A stretch of DNA of 64,000 nt from IMG/VR virus record IMGVR_UViG_3300008448_000023, positions 1 through 64,000 of that record. One strand, given 5' to 3'. The first letter of the stretch is position 1. Each line of letters opens with the position of its first letter. The position numbers and the translations under genes were made by a program. This document shows positions 16,944 through 26,745 of the stretch, one piece after another. The notes below the pieces were generated by a model, which had not been told where the DNA came from, did not search any database, and saw only the letters and a list, made by a program, of their open reading frames with translations. The stretch comes from a virus.

Positions 16944-19640
16944 ATGACCAATCCAGCAGCAGTTGCATCACAAATTAACTATTTAGAAAGCTTGATCGCG
17001 GGCTACGCATCAACTTTGAGAGATCCTACATCCAGCCCGCAACAAAAATCTCAAGCACAGCGCGAAATTCCTCAGCTTGAATTGACCATAGAGTCTCTAC
17101 GAACTCAGTTGACTCAACTGTCATTGACTGTGGCCAAAGATGCTGGAGTTGTGCCACCACCACCAAAAACTGCTGGTCAAACAGTCAACGACGACGCGGT
17201 GCCCAACCCAATCAAAACTGCGCCACTGGAAGCAGATCCAGTTACCGGTAGGATACGTCCTATTAAAACAGTGACGGAACCCAGCAACGCCGATATACCG
17301 TCTACGGCCGAAACCGGTGATGTCGATCGCAACATTGATGGCCCTGTAAAAGCATTTTTTACCACACAGGCTATATTTTCTCAACCTGGAGTGCTTGCTG
17401 GGCGTGCACTCTTTGATCCATCTACTATTAACTATCCCAACACTGACGTCAGTTTTGGTATCAGACTACCTGGCAGCAACAGTGATTCAGGATTGTTCAC
17501 TGGAGGCAGTGCTCCGATACAGCCAGGCATTGGGTCCAATGACGATTTTCCATCTCCTAGCCCGCAAAAAACAGCCACAGAAGTCAACAACACCTACAAC
17601 AATGCGCTGCCTATTCAACCGCAGCCCAATGGCCTGGACCAATTTGGCAGCTATACATATTCAGTTAGCCTGTATTTGATGACTCCTCAACAGTACTCAA
17701 TCCTGGTGCAGAGTAAAACCAAAACAGTGGTTGGCTATAATCTATTGATACAGAGTGCAGGTGCGCCCACAGAAGGTCGTAATCCTTATTTTGGCGATGA
17801 TTTTTATATTGAAAGTCTAACAGTAGAAAGCAATTTTCCTGGCGGCGGCACACGCATGGCACATTCGGTGTCTAGCATGAAAATAACTATCACAGAACCT
17901 GCTGGTATTACTCTGTTAGATAGACTATACAAAGCTGTGCAGGATTTTATTCCCAAGGATGGTGCTGGCGCCATTAACTATACCTCAGTGCAATACCTGT
18001 GTGTGATACGCTGGTATGGCTGGGACCTTGACGGCAAATTGATAAAAAATCCTGGTGGTGGTACAACATTGTCAGACCCCAATGCAGCTTTTGAAAAATT
18101 TATTCCGTTTAACATTCGAAAAATAAACTGGGGTGTCAGCAACAAGTTGGTGAGCTATGAATTAGATTGTGCACCCATTGGACAAACGCTGGGTGCATCT
18201 ACTGCTCGAGCAACCATACCTTATGACATTGAACTCAGTGAGAGCACAGTCAAAGGTCTGCTGAGCGGCGATGCTGTGACAACCACAACTTTTACACCTA
18301 CAAATAATTCTACTACAACGTCTACACCAGCACCTGACAAGGCCAATGCTGCACCCAGTACCAAAACAGTGATACGGCAGGGTCTCATGGGCGCCATGAA
18401 TGATTTTCAACAAAAGTTAGTGTCAGACGGCATCTATGAAGTTGCTGATCAGTATGAAATTGAATTTGTCAACGGGGCAGAAGTCATTGCCAATGCCAGC
18501 GTGACCAAACCTGGTAACGTAATAAAAAATCAAAGCGCCACTCCCATGGCTCCGCCAGTGACCAAAAGTCCCGGTGGTGTAGATCCTAAAAAAACCAGTG
18601 TGGATAACACTGTAAGGAATTTTGCTATCACTGCCGGACAACAACTCATGCAGGTCATAGATCTGGTGATTCGCAACAGTACTTTTATCACAGACCAGGC
18701 CAGAGTAAGCGAACAAGAAGAAACTGAAATTTTTGAAGATGAACTGGGCAACGTAGTAGAGATACCAAAAAACACCGCAACCAAGGCCACAATTTTATGG
18801 CACAATGTAACCATGGATGCGGTGCCTATCAAGTATGACAAAAAACGCAATGACTATGCTTACAAAATAACCTATGTTGTAAGCACCTATGTGGCGCCAA
18901 ACTTTGACAGCAAGTACTTTCCGATACCAAACTTCAATGGCGTTCACAAGAGTTACAAGTATTGGTGGACAGGCGAAAACATTGGAATTTTAGATTATCA
19001 AGTTTCCTTCAATGCTTTGTACAACATGACTATCTCTGGTAGTGAGCCAGGAAATTCAGCCACAGAACGCATACGCCAACAGCGTAGTTCCAGCATGCGA
19101 GACATTCCCAAATACACCTACCAAGCTCGTAGTACTGAAAGTTCATCTGGTGCCAAAGGCACCGGCAATGAAGTAGCGGCCAATGCAGCCGAATACCTGT
19201 ACAGTCCCAATGACTTGAGTCAGGTCAAACTACGCATTGTTGGAGATCCAGCCTGGATCATGCAAGGCAGCTTGGCCGAAGGTATAAATGCAAAAAATTT
19301 CAATCGCTCAGGATTTTTGCCTGACGGTACTATAAACTTTGACAGCCAGCAGGTGTTGTTTGAAATAGCCTGGCAGCGTCCTCAAGACTACAATCTTGAC
19401 ACAGGTCTAGCAGATCCTTACGCATTGGTAAGTGGAGCGCGGGAACCTATTCAAAGTAACATCTATCATGCAAGAAAATGTCTTAGCGAATTCCGACAAG
19501 GCAAATTTGAACAAACCATTGAAGGTGCTCTATACTCCTGGCCAATCCCTGCAGGACAGAACACACCGGCTACAACAGTACGCAGCAATGCTGCGGTAAA
19601 TCAAGCCAACAGTGGGCAGCCCGCAGGTGGCGGAGTGTGA
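16944..19640 (+). CDS. Baseplate hub protein (gp27/gpD-like position)
   Basis: 898 aa between the LysM/gp53-like and gp5-like genes. Motifs NGLDQFGSYTY, ITEPAG, LRIVGDPAWI, SEFRQGKFEQTI. Confidence 0.55.
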   Translation: MTNPAAVASQINYLESLIAGYASTLRDPTSSPQQKSQAQREIPQLELTIESLRTQLTQLSLTVAKDAGVVPPPPKTAGQTVNDDAVPNPIKTAPLEADPVTGRIRPIKTVTEPSNADIPSTAETGDVDRNIDGPVKAFFTTQAIFSQPGVLAGRALFDPSTINYPNTDVSFGIRLPGSNSDSGLFTGGSAPIQPGIGSNDDFPSPSPQKTATEVNNTYNNALPIQPQPNGLDQFGSYTYSVSLYLMTPQQYSILVQSKTKTVVGYNLLIQSAGAPTEGRNPYFGDDFYIESLTVESNFPGGGTRMAHSVSSMKITITEPAGITLLDRLYKAVQDFIPKDGAGAINYTSVQYLCVIRWYGWDLDGKLIKNPGGGTTLSDPNAAFEKFIPFNIRKINWGVSNKLVSYELDCAPIGQTLGASTARATIPYDIELSESTVKGLLSGDAVTTTTFTPTNNSTTTSTPAPDKANAAPSTKTVIRQGLMGAMNDFQQKLVSDGIYEVADQYEIEFVNGAEVIANASVTKPGNVIKNQSATPMAPPVTKSPGGVDPKKTSVDNTVRNFAITAGQQLMQVIDLVIRNSTFITDQARVSEQEETEIFEDELGNVVEIPKNTATKATILWHNVTMDAVPIKYDKKRNDYAYKITYVVSTYVAPNFDSKYFPIPNFNGVHKSYKYWWTGENIGILDYQVSFNALYNMTISGSEPGNSATERIRQQRSSSMRDIPKYTYQARSTESSSGAKGTGNEVAANAAEYLYSPNDLSQVKLRIVGDPAWIMQGSLAEGINAKNFNRSGFLPDGTINFDSQQVLFEIAWQRPQDYNLDTGLADPYALVSGAREPIQSNIYHARKCLSEFRQGKFEQTIEGALYSWPIPAGQNTPATTVRSNAAVNQANSGQPAGGGV

Positions 19641-19661
19641 TTATGAAAAGGAAATGTCAAA

Positions 19662-19934
19662 ATGCGTTCTAATCCTGTTGGCTCTCCATCACGACTCAAA
19701 ATACCAGGAGCAGGTCCAATGATTGATCCTCAATCGCCAATCTTGGTTCCACGACAATCTGCTCCTGGACTGCTTGCAACACGTGATACCAATGCTCCGG
19801 CACGCCAGAAAAATAATCCCCCAACCAGTAATGGAGAACTGGTTGGAGTTAATGTGCCCTTGCCCCCGCCGCTACTGATAAATTCATCAACGCTGACAAC
19901 TGAACCATTACAGTTAATCAGCAGTTCACCTTAA
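19662..19934 (+). CDS. Pro-rich hypothetical protein (possibly a detached C-terminus of the upstream gene)
   Basis: 90-aa ORF filling the gap, in the same frame as the upstream gene. Confidence 0.35.
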   Translation: MRSNPVGSPSRLKIPGAGPMIDPQSPILVPRQSAPGLLATRDTNAPARQKNNPPTSNGELVGVNVPLPPPLLINSSTLTTEPLQLISSSP

Positions 19935-19944
19935 AGGATAAAGC

Positions 19945-21441
19945 ATGGCAGAAGACGTCCAAAGAACACGCGGTCGGCCGCAGAATTACAAGCAAGACCG
20001 AGGCGGCGTACCAGCAGAATATGGTCCATACCTAGGCAAAGTAATGAGCAATGTGGACCCTACTCGTGCTGGACGTCTACGTGTGTTTATTGAAGCGTTT
20101 GCTGACGGACCACAGGATGATGACAACAAATGGATCACAGTGAGTTACCTGCCTAACTACTACGGTTCCACTCCCAACGCAGGTACAGGCACAGGTACAG
20201 GCACGTACCCTGGCAACCGTAACAGCTACGGTATGTGGTTTACTCCGCCAGACGTGGGCATAACAGTGATATGTATTTTTGCCAACGGTGATCGCAACCA
20301 GGGCTTTTATATTGGTGTGGTGCCTGAACAAGCATCTACACACATGGTTCCGGCTATTGGAGCCAGCAAAAAATTTGCAGTGGCCAACCAAACTCAACAA
20401 AAATTTTTCTATGGTGCTACTCAACTGCCAGTGGCTGAAATCAACGTCAACGATCCAGACATTGTTAATCAGCCTCGGTATTTTGAAGAAACCAAGCCTG
20501 TACAAAGTTACCAGGCTGCAATTATGTTTCAGCAGGGATTGATTCGTGATGTTAATCGTGGACCTATTTCCAGCACCAGCCAACGTGAAACTCCCAGTCA
20601 GGTGTTTGGTATCAGCACTCCTGGACGCCCAATTTATCTGGGTGGAAAAACACAAGAAGAAGTTATACAAAATCTTGACAACATACAGTCAGGAGAACTA
20701 AAAGTAATTGGACGTCTAGGCGGTCACACTTTGGTCATGGATGATGGCGCCACTGATGGTAAAGATCAACTGGTAAGAATTCGTTCAGCCAAAGGTCACC
20801 AGATAACCATGCATGACAGTGAAGAATTTTTCTACATCACACATGCCAACGGCAAAACCTGGATTGAATTTGGCAAAGAAGGCACCGTAGATGTTTACAG
20901 TACTAATTCTGTGAATGTTCGTACCGCAGGCACAATAAATCTGCACGCCGACCAAGACATCAACATGTTTGCCGGTAGAAAAATCAACATGAGAAGTTTA
21001 GATGACATCAACGTTGAGTCGGTGAAAAATATCAACATCAGTTCTGAAGCTAACTTGACTGTGTATGGAAAAACTGCGGTGCGAGTCAAATCTGACGGCA
21101 CATTGGCCATACAAAGTGCCAGCACCGGATCCTGGGGAGCCAGTGCATTGGTCTTCAAAGGAGACACTATTGATTTGAATGGTCCATGGGCGCCCACGGT
21201 TACCAAACCTGCACCAATTGTGATATCCTCACTGGATGACACCGAATTCAATGCCAGCGAAGGATGGCAGGTCAAAGCAGCCGCGATTAAAACATCAGCC
21301 ACACGAGCACCCACGCACGAACCGTATCCATATCACAATCAAGGTGTATCTACTGCCGGTCCGGCTGCATCTTCAGTCAGCAACACGCCTCCGGGATCTC
21401 AGTCGGTGCCGTCTGGGGTCTCAGTGGGCAGAAATTCTTGA
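19945..21441 (+). CDS. gp5: Baseplate central spike (gp5/VgrG-like, no lysozyme domain evident)
   Basis: OB-fold GKVMSNVDPTRAGRLRVFI, SYGMWFTPPDVG, GHTLVMDDG, beta-helix repeats, terminal APTHEPYPYH. Confidence 0.75.
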   Translation: MAEDVQRTRGRPQNYKQDRGGVPAEYGPYLGKVMSNVDPTRAGRLRVFIEAFADGPQDDDNKWITVSYLPNYYGSTPNAGTGTGTGTYPGNRNSYGMWFTPPDVGITVICIFANGDRNQGFYIGVVPEQASTHMVPAIGASKKFAVANQTQQKFFYGATQLPVAEINVNDPDIVNQPRYFEETKPVQSYQAAIMFQQGLIRDVNRGPISSTSQRETPSQVFGISTPGRPIYLGGKTQEEVIQNLDNIQSGELKVIGRLGGHTLVMDDGATDGKDQLVRIRSAKGHQITMHDSEEFFYITHANGKTWIEFGKEGTVDVYSTNSVNVRTAGTINLHADQDINMFAGRKINMRSLDDINVESVKNINISSEANLTVYGKTAVRVKSDGTLAIQSASTGSWGASALVFKGDTIDLNGPWAPTVTKPAPIVISSLDDTEFNASEGWQVKAAAIKTSATRAPTHEPYPYHNQGVSTAGPAASSVSNTPPGSQSVPSGVSVGRNS

Positions 21442-21457
21442 CAAGGCATAGTCTACC

Positions 21458-22864
21458 ATGGCAACATATAATTTTCGCAATGTAGATAACGGTCTTTCTT
21501 ATTTTGTAAGAGGACCAGCTTCTCTCACCAAAGAACAGGCAGAAAGAATTTTTAATCAACAGCAGTCAGCAGGCGCCTTGATTGCTATCCAGCCTGGGCA
21601 AGCAATCACAGCAGAATTTCAATTGTCCAATGGTCTTACTACGGCTCAATCAGCAGTGACCAAAGATATTGCACAGTTTTCAAATGTTATTGCCAACAAG
21701 TTAGGAGAACTGCCCAAGATTGGTGTGACCGATGGAATAACTATTGCAAACTACGCCAAGCAAGCCCCGGTTGTAGAAGGTATAAAAAACATATCCAGCG
21801 TTGAAGTCACAGGGGTATTGGCACAGTGCCAAAATCTCACACAACAAAAAGCCACAGAAGCTACCAATTTGGGAGCAGGCAAGTATGCATTTACTGTTTC
21901 GCAATTGGAACGTGCAGGGTATGTCAAGCCTGGCACCACAACCACTTACATGACTTCAGGCACACGCAGTACTCTCACAGTGTTGAATATGACAGAAATT
22001 TGGTCAGGCAAAGATGGCATATCTAATCTAACTCAGTTGTTGTCTAACTCATCGTTGCAAGATACAATTCAACAATTTTTAATGAGTTCAGGCCTGGACC
22101 AGCTGGCTGAAGTGGGCATTGATGTAGATCAGTTGCCCTCAAAAACTCAGGCTGGCCTGGCATGTCTCAGCGCCATTGATCCAGCACTAGCAGTGAACTG
22201 GGTTAAAAATACATCGGCAACCGCATCTATTGCAGTACTTGGACGAATTGGTCCAGCGACATCGGCTGCAATTACAGCTGGAGGTTTTAAAAATTGGCAA
22301 ACTCCAGATCGCATTGTCAGAGACGCAGCATTTGCCTGTGAATTTTCTGTTACAAAAACCAACAATGCCATGCGCAACGAAACAGCAGAAGTTTTTGTGA
22401 TCAACCCCGAAACTATTGTTGAGCAGCAGGTGATAAATTTTGCCTGTAATCAAATTGTGGGCAATGATAAAGTGGCAAAAATAGGCTACGGAGGCACCCT
22501 ACCTCCTGCTGACTTGGTCCAGACACTGACAGAACTTACACAGGAGCTGACCAGTATCAGCAACCAAACCACAGCGGCACTAGAGCAAAAAATCACAGTG
22601 TTTAATGCATCAGTTCGCCGTACTCAGTTAGAAACGTATCGTAAAGAACTGGTAAATCTCAATGCCAATTTTTCTTTACTGACCAACAAGGCCTTGACAG
22701 CTACACCGGTGTCTGCACAGTTTTTAGCTGATATCGAAGTGCAACGTTTGTCTATCCAAAATTTAGTTTTAAGGATAGATCAAGTACTACAAGTGATAGC
22801 GCAGGTACTAGGTCAACGCACAATTAGAACACTAGGCGATATAGTCACTGGTGCTGGTGTATAA
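21458..22864 (+). CDS. Virion-associated protein with a degenerate lysozyme-like segment
   Basis: Between gp5 and gp25. GAGKYAFTVSQLERAGYVKPG...W.GKDGI...LLSN...Q resembles GKYQF-type muramidase-like domains; C-terminal coiled coil. Confidence 0.4.
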   Translation: MATYNFRNVDNGLSYFVRGPASLTKEQAERIFNQQQSAGALIAIQPGQAITAEFQLSNGLTTAQSAVTKDIAQFSNVIANKLGELPKIGVTDGITIANYAKQAPVVEGIKNISSVEVTGVLAQCQNLTQQKATEATNLGAGKYAFTVSQLERAGYVKPGTTTTYMTSGTRSTLTVLNMTEIWSGKDGISNLTQLLSNSSLQDTIQQFLMSSGLDQLAEVGIDVDQLPSKTQAGLACLSAIDPALAVNWVKNTSATASIAVLGRIGPATSAAITAGGFKNWQTPDRIVRDAAFACEFSVTKTNNAMRNETAEVFVINPETIVEQQVINFACNQIVGNDKVAKIGYGGTLPPADLVQTLTELTQELTSISNQTTAALEQKITVFNASVRRTQLETYRKELVNLNANFSLLTNKALTATPVSAQFLADIEVQRLSIQNLVLRIDQVLQVIAQVLGQRTIRTLGDIVTGAGV

Positions 22865-22867
22865 ATA
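22860..22867 (+). promoter_or_regulatory. Late promoter TATAAATA
   Basis: Exact T4 late consensus, ending 5 nt before the gp25 ATG. Confidence 0.7.
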
Positions 22868-22872
22868 TTATC

Positions 22873-23247
22873 ATGACCGTATTTGTTGGATTCAATACTA
22901 TTAACCAGTTCAAAAAGTTTACACTGACAGACTTTGATCTAATCAAGCGTGATCTACTGAACGCATTTAATATTCGCCAAGGACAACTGCCTGGACGTCC
23001 TGCATATGGCAGTTCAATCTATGATTTTGTGTTTGAGCCACAGACTCAAAAAACACAACAAGAAGTAATTCAAGAAATACAGAGAGTGGCCGGCGGCGAT
23101 CCAAGAATTTATGTCAGTGACCTCAAATGCTATCCACAAGAAAATGGCCTGTTGGTAGAATTACAAATACAGGTCATTCCATCTAAAAACGCCGAACGCC
23201 TGAGCATCTTTTTTGATCAACAACAACGCAACGCCAGCTACGTATAA
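22873..23247 (+). CDS. gp25: Baseplate wedge subunit gp25-like
   Basis: LTDFDLIKRDLLNAFNIRQGQLPGRPAYGSSIYDFVFEP...DPRI. Confidence 0.85.
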   Translation: MTVFVGFNTINQFKKFTLTDFDLIKRDLLNAFNIRQGQLPGRPAYGSSIYDFVFEPQTQKTQQEVIQEIQRVAGGDPRIYVSDLKCYPQENGLLVELQIQVIPSKNAERLSIFFDQQQRNASYV

Positions 23248-23266
23248 CTGAGCCGTTTTTTGTCAC

Positions 23267-23274
23267 CATAAATA
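23267..23274 (+). promoter_or_regulatory. Late promoter variant CATAAATA
   Basis: One mismatch from consensus, upstream of the gp6-like gene. Confidence 0.6.
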
Positions 23275-23301
23275 CTTCAAGGTGACTTAAGGTTAACAAG
23301 C

Positions 23302-26300
23302 ATGGCAAAAACCACTAGACAAACGGCAATATTTGGCGTAGAAGACTGGAAACAGATCTATCAAACCTATCGTGAAGCTGACTTCCAAAGCTACGATTTT
23401 GAGACTCTTCGCAAGAGTTTCATTGACTATCTACGTTTGTATTATCCCGAAACGTTCAACGACTACATCGAAAGCAGTGAGTTTATTGCACTGTTAGACG
23501 TAATTGCGTTCATGGGGCAAAGTCTTGCATTCCGTACTGACCTTAACACTCGCGAAAACTACCTAGACACTGCTGAACGTAGAGATTCAGTGGTACGACT
23601 TGCCAACCTTGTTAGCTACAGTCCAAAGCGTAATACTGCGGCGCAGGGCCTGCTCAAAGTTTTTAGCATGAGCACCACCGAAAATGTTGTGGACTACAAC
23701 GGTGTAAATCTTAGCAATGTCACAGTTAACTGGGCCGACCCAACCAATCCAGACTGGCAAGAGCAATTCACTGCTATTATAAATGCCAGCTTGGTAGACA
23801 GTCAACGCATAGGTCGCCCAGGCAACCGTCAGACTATACTGGGTGTGCGCACTGACGAATATGCTATTAACCTGCTGCCAGGATTTTTGCCTGTAATTCC
23901 TTACACAGCCACAGTGGATGGCGTGAGCATGCCTTTTGAAGCAGTTACATCAACGTCTATCAATCGTGACTACATCTACGAACCAAGTCCTCAGCCCAAT
24001 TCGCCATTTAATATTTTGTTCCGCAATGATCAGCTGGGGTTTGACAGCGCCAACACAGGATATTTCTTTGCGTTCAAGCAAGGCACACTGACCAACACAG
24101 ACTTTAACCTAGCTGAACGTATCAGTAACCGCACAGTAAACATCAACGTAGAAGGCGTCAACAACGAAGATCGTTGGTTGTTCCAACTTGACAACATTGG
24201 CAACATTGCTCGCGAGTGGGCCTACGTAGAAAGTGTGTACACAGCCGCTGCTGAACAACAAGTAGAACTACGTCCAATTTTTTCTACAACCAGTAGAACC
24301 AATGACCAAATTACCCTGGTTTTTGGCGACGGTGTGTTTTCAGAAATTCCTGTGGGTATTTTCCGTTGTTATACTCGTGCTAGCAACGGTTTAGAATACA
24401 TCATCAACCCAGAAGAAATGCAGGCAGTATCACTGCCTATCAGCTACACTGACCGCAATGGCAACCTGCAGACCATAACATTTACTTGTGGAATCACTCA
24501 GCCAGTGACCAATGCACAGGCACGTGAAACCATTGATGCTATCAAACAACGTGCCCCTGCTCGTTACTACACACAGAACCGCATGGTCAACGGCGAAGAC
24601 TATAATATCTTCCCGTTCACAGCCTACAACTCAATTATCAAGAGCAAGGCCTTGAACCGTTCAAGTATTGGTACTAGTCGCTATCTTGATCTTGTGGACA
24701 ACACTGGCAAATATTCCAGTACCAACACATTCTCCAGTGACGGAGCACTGTGGGAACAAAACATATTACCGGCCATACTGTTCTCGTGGATCAATCGCAA
24801 TGACATCGCTGACTTTGTGACCAATCAGGTGCAACCACAGCTGAGTGAAGCCACCATGAAGCAGTTTTACTATGCTAATTTTCAACCTAGGCCACAGCTC
24901 AACACCGCACCTACTGCACTGAGTACCTGGAATCAAAGCACTACACTGGCCAACGAAACCACTGGCTATTTTAAAAATGCCACAGGCACACCTATTCCTG
25001 TGGGCACAAATACCACAACAAATTTCAAATATGTGCAGGTAGGAAGCTTGATCAAGTTTACCGCGCCCACAATCAATGAGCAGTCCTACTACTTTGACAA
25101 AAACAATCGATTGCAACCTGGTACACCCACCCGACCTGATGAGCGACTGGACATTTGGGCCAGTCCCATGGCCATCATTGGCGACGGCTATAACAACGGA
25201 CTGGGCAATTTGATCAACGGCCAAGGACCAGTTACACTCAACAATTTTGTGCCCACAGGTGCCATAGTCAGCGAAGTGATACCAGTATTTGTTACTGATT
25301 TGTCGGTGACACTGGAACAAGAAATTGGAGATCAAATTGAACTGCTACGAAACTTTGGACTGGGCTACGACTGGCTAGGTACAATAACTGGTACTATAGG
25401 ATCCTGGTATTTGATTACACAGCAAAATCTAGCTACTGATGCAGAGTTTAGTTTGACCAACGCTGGTTCTACTTCAGGTACGGGCCAAGATGCCAGCTGG
25501 TTGGTACAGTTTGAAGTTGAAAATCAAAACTACACAGTGACATTCCGTGGCCTGGCCTATTACTTTGGTTCAGTGCTACAGACACGATTCTTCTTTTATG
25601 ACAATCAACTGATCTACGACAGCCGCACAGGAACAGTGATCAAGGACTTTGTGAATGTGTTGGCTATGAACACACAGCCTGACAGTACTAGTCCGTTGCC
25701 AGGCGACGTATACATGACCATTATTGGACAACCTGTGGAGTCAGATGGCTACGTTGACGACTTCCAGGTCCTGGTCAGCTATCGAGATTCAGACAATGAT
25801 GGTGTACCTGATGATCCAGATTTCTTTAATGAAATTGTTGCCCCCAATGTCAACGCCAACCAGAAACTGATATTTTTACAACAAACTGTGGACTTTGACA
25901 ATCTACAACGTTATCTTCTAGTAGAAGAAGGTGTGGTCAACAGTGACTATGCTACCTATGATGAAATAGAGTTAGCAAAAAGCGAGTGGTCGCCGGGTCA
26001 GGTGTTCTATGCCTACAACGAAGGTACTTTCTGGTTGCTGAGTGTCAACGTAGCCGGAGTTCGCACATTGGTGCAGCAGTCAGGCTGGATTGCACGCAAT
26101 GGCCGACAAGACCTCTACTTCCAGTATCGTCACAACTCTCCGTTGACAGCAAGAATAGATCCAGGTACTACCAACATTATCGATCTTTACGTGGTCACAC
26201 AGGCCTACTATACAGCCTACCAAAACTGGATCAGAGATACTACAAACACAGTGACAGAACCCAGTGTGCCTACCATTGATGAGTTGAGCACAGCATATCA

Positions 26301-26745
26301 AGGTCTGCAGGACTACAAAATGATTTCAGACAACGTGGTTCTAAATTCAGTGGTATTCAAACCACTGTTTGGTGCCAAGGCTGCACAACAGCTACGGGCC
26401 ACTATCAAAGTGATTCGTGCACAAGGATCAACCGCCAGCACCAGCGAAATAAAAAGCTCTGTGGTAGCTGAACTCAACAAATATTTCAGTATTGATAAAT
26501 GGAATTTTGGCGATACATTCTACTTCTCAGAACTGGCAGCGTATCTGCATCGTCAGCTGGGTAGTATCATTAGTTCTGTTGTGTTGGTACCATTGGATCC
26601 ACAAAAGAGTTTTGGTGACTTGTATGAGATTAGATCTGCTCCCAACGAAATTTTCGTTAATGCAGCAGACATAACTAATATAGATGTGATTGAGGCTTTA
26701 ACCAGCACCAATCTCCGAACAGCTCCTGGTAGCGGGGTAATTTAA
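23302..26745 (+). CDS. gp6: Baseplate wedge protein gp6-like
   Basis: YDFETLRKSFIDYL...FNDYIESSEFIALLD...ENYLDTAERRDSVVRLA, FGDG, ETIDAIKQRAP...QNRMVNGEDY. Confidence 0.85.
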   Translation: MAKTTRQTAIFGVEDWKQIYQTYREADFQSYDFETLRKSFIDYLRLYYPETFNDYIESSEFIALLDVIAFMGQSLAFRTDLNTRENYLDTAERRDSVVRLANLVSYSPKRNTAAQGLLKVFSMSTTENVVDYNGVNLSNVTVNWADPTNPDWQEQFTAIINASLVDSQRIGRPGNRQTILGVRTDEYAINLLPGFLPVIPYTATVDGVSMPFEAVTSTSINRDYIYEPSPQPNSPFNILFRNDQLGFDSANTGYFFAFKQGTLTNTDFNLAERISNRTVNINVEGVNNEDRWLFQLDNIGNIAREWAYVESVYTAAAEQQVELRPIFSTTSRTNDQITLVFGDGVFSEIPVGIFRCYTRASNGLEYIINPEEMQAVSLPISYTDRNGNLQTITFTCGITQPVTNAQARETIDAIKQRAPARYYTQNRMVNGEDYNIFPFTAYNSIIKSKALNRSSIGTSRYLDLVDNTGKYSSTNTFSSDGALWEQNILPAILFSWINRNDIADFVTNQVQPQLSEATMKQFYYANFQPRPQLNTAPTALSTWNQSTTLANETTGYFKNATGTPIPVGTNTTTNFKYVQVGSLIKFTAPTINEQSYYFDKNNRLQPGTPTRPDERLDIWASPMAIIGDGYNNGLGNLINGQGPVTLNNFVPTGAIVSEVIPVFVTDLSVTLEQEIGDQIELLRNFGLGYDWLGTITGTIGSWYLITQQNLATDAEFSLTNAGSTSGTGQDASWLVQFEVENQNYTVTFRGLAYYFGSVLQTRFFFYDNQLIYDSRTGTVIKDFVNVLAMNTQPDSTSPLPGDVYMTIIGQPVESDGYVDDFQVLVSYRDSDNDGVPDDPDFFNEIVAPNVNANQKLIFLQQTVDFDNLQRYLLVEEGVVNSDYATYDEIELAKSEWSPGQVFYAYNEGTFWLLSVNVAGVRTLVQQSGWIARNGRQDLYFQYRHNSPLTARIDPGTTNIIDLYVVTQAYYTAYQNWIRDTTNTVTEPSVPTIDELSTAYQGLQDYKMISDNVVLNSVVFKPLFGAKAAQQLRATIKVIRAQGSTASTSEIKSSVVAELNKYFSIDKWNFGDTFYFSELAAYLHRQLGSIISSVVLVPLDPQKSFGDLYEIRSAPNEIFVNAADITNIDVIEALTSTNLRTAPGSGVI

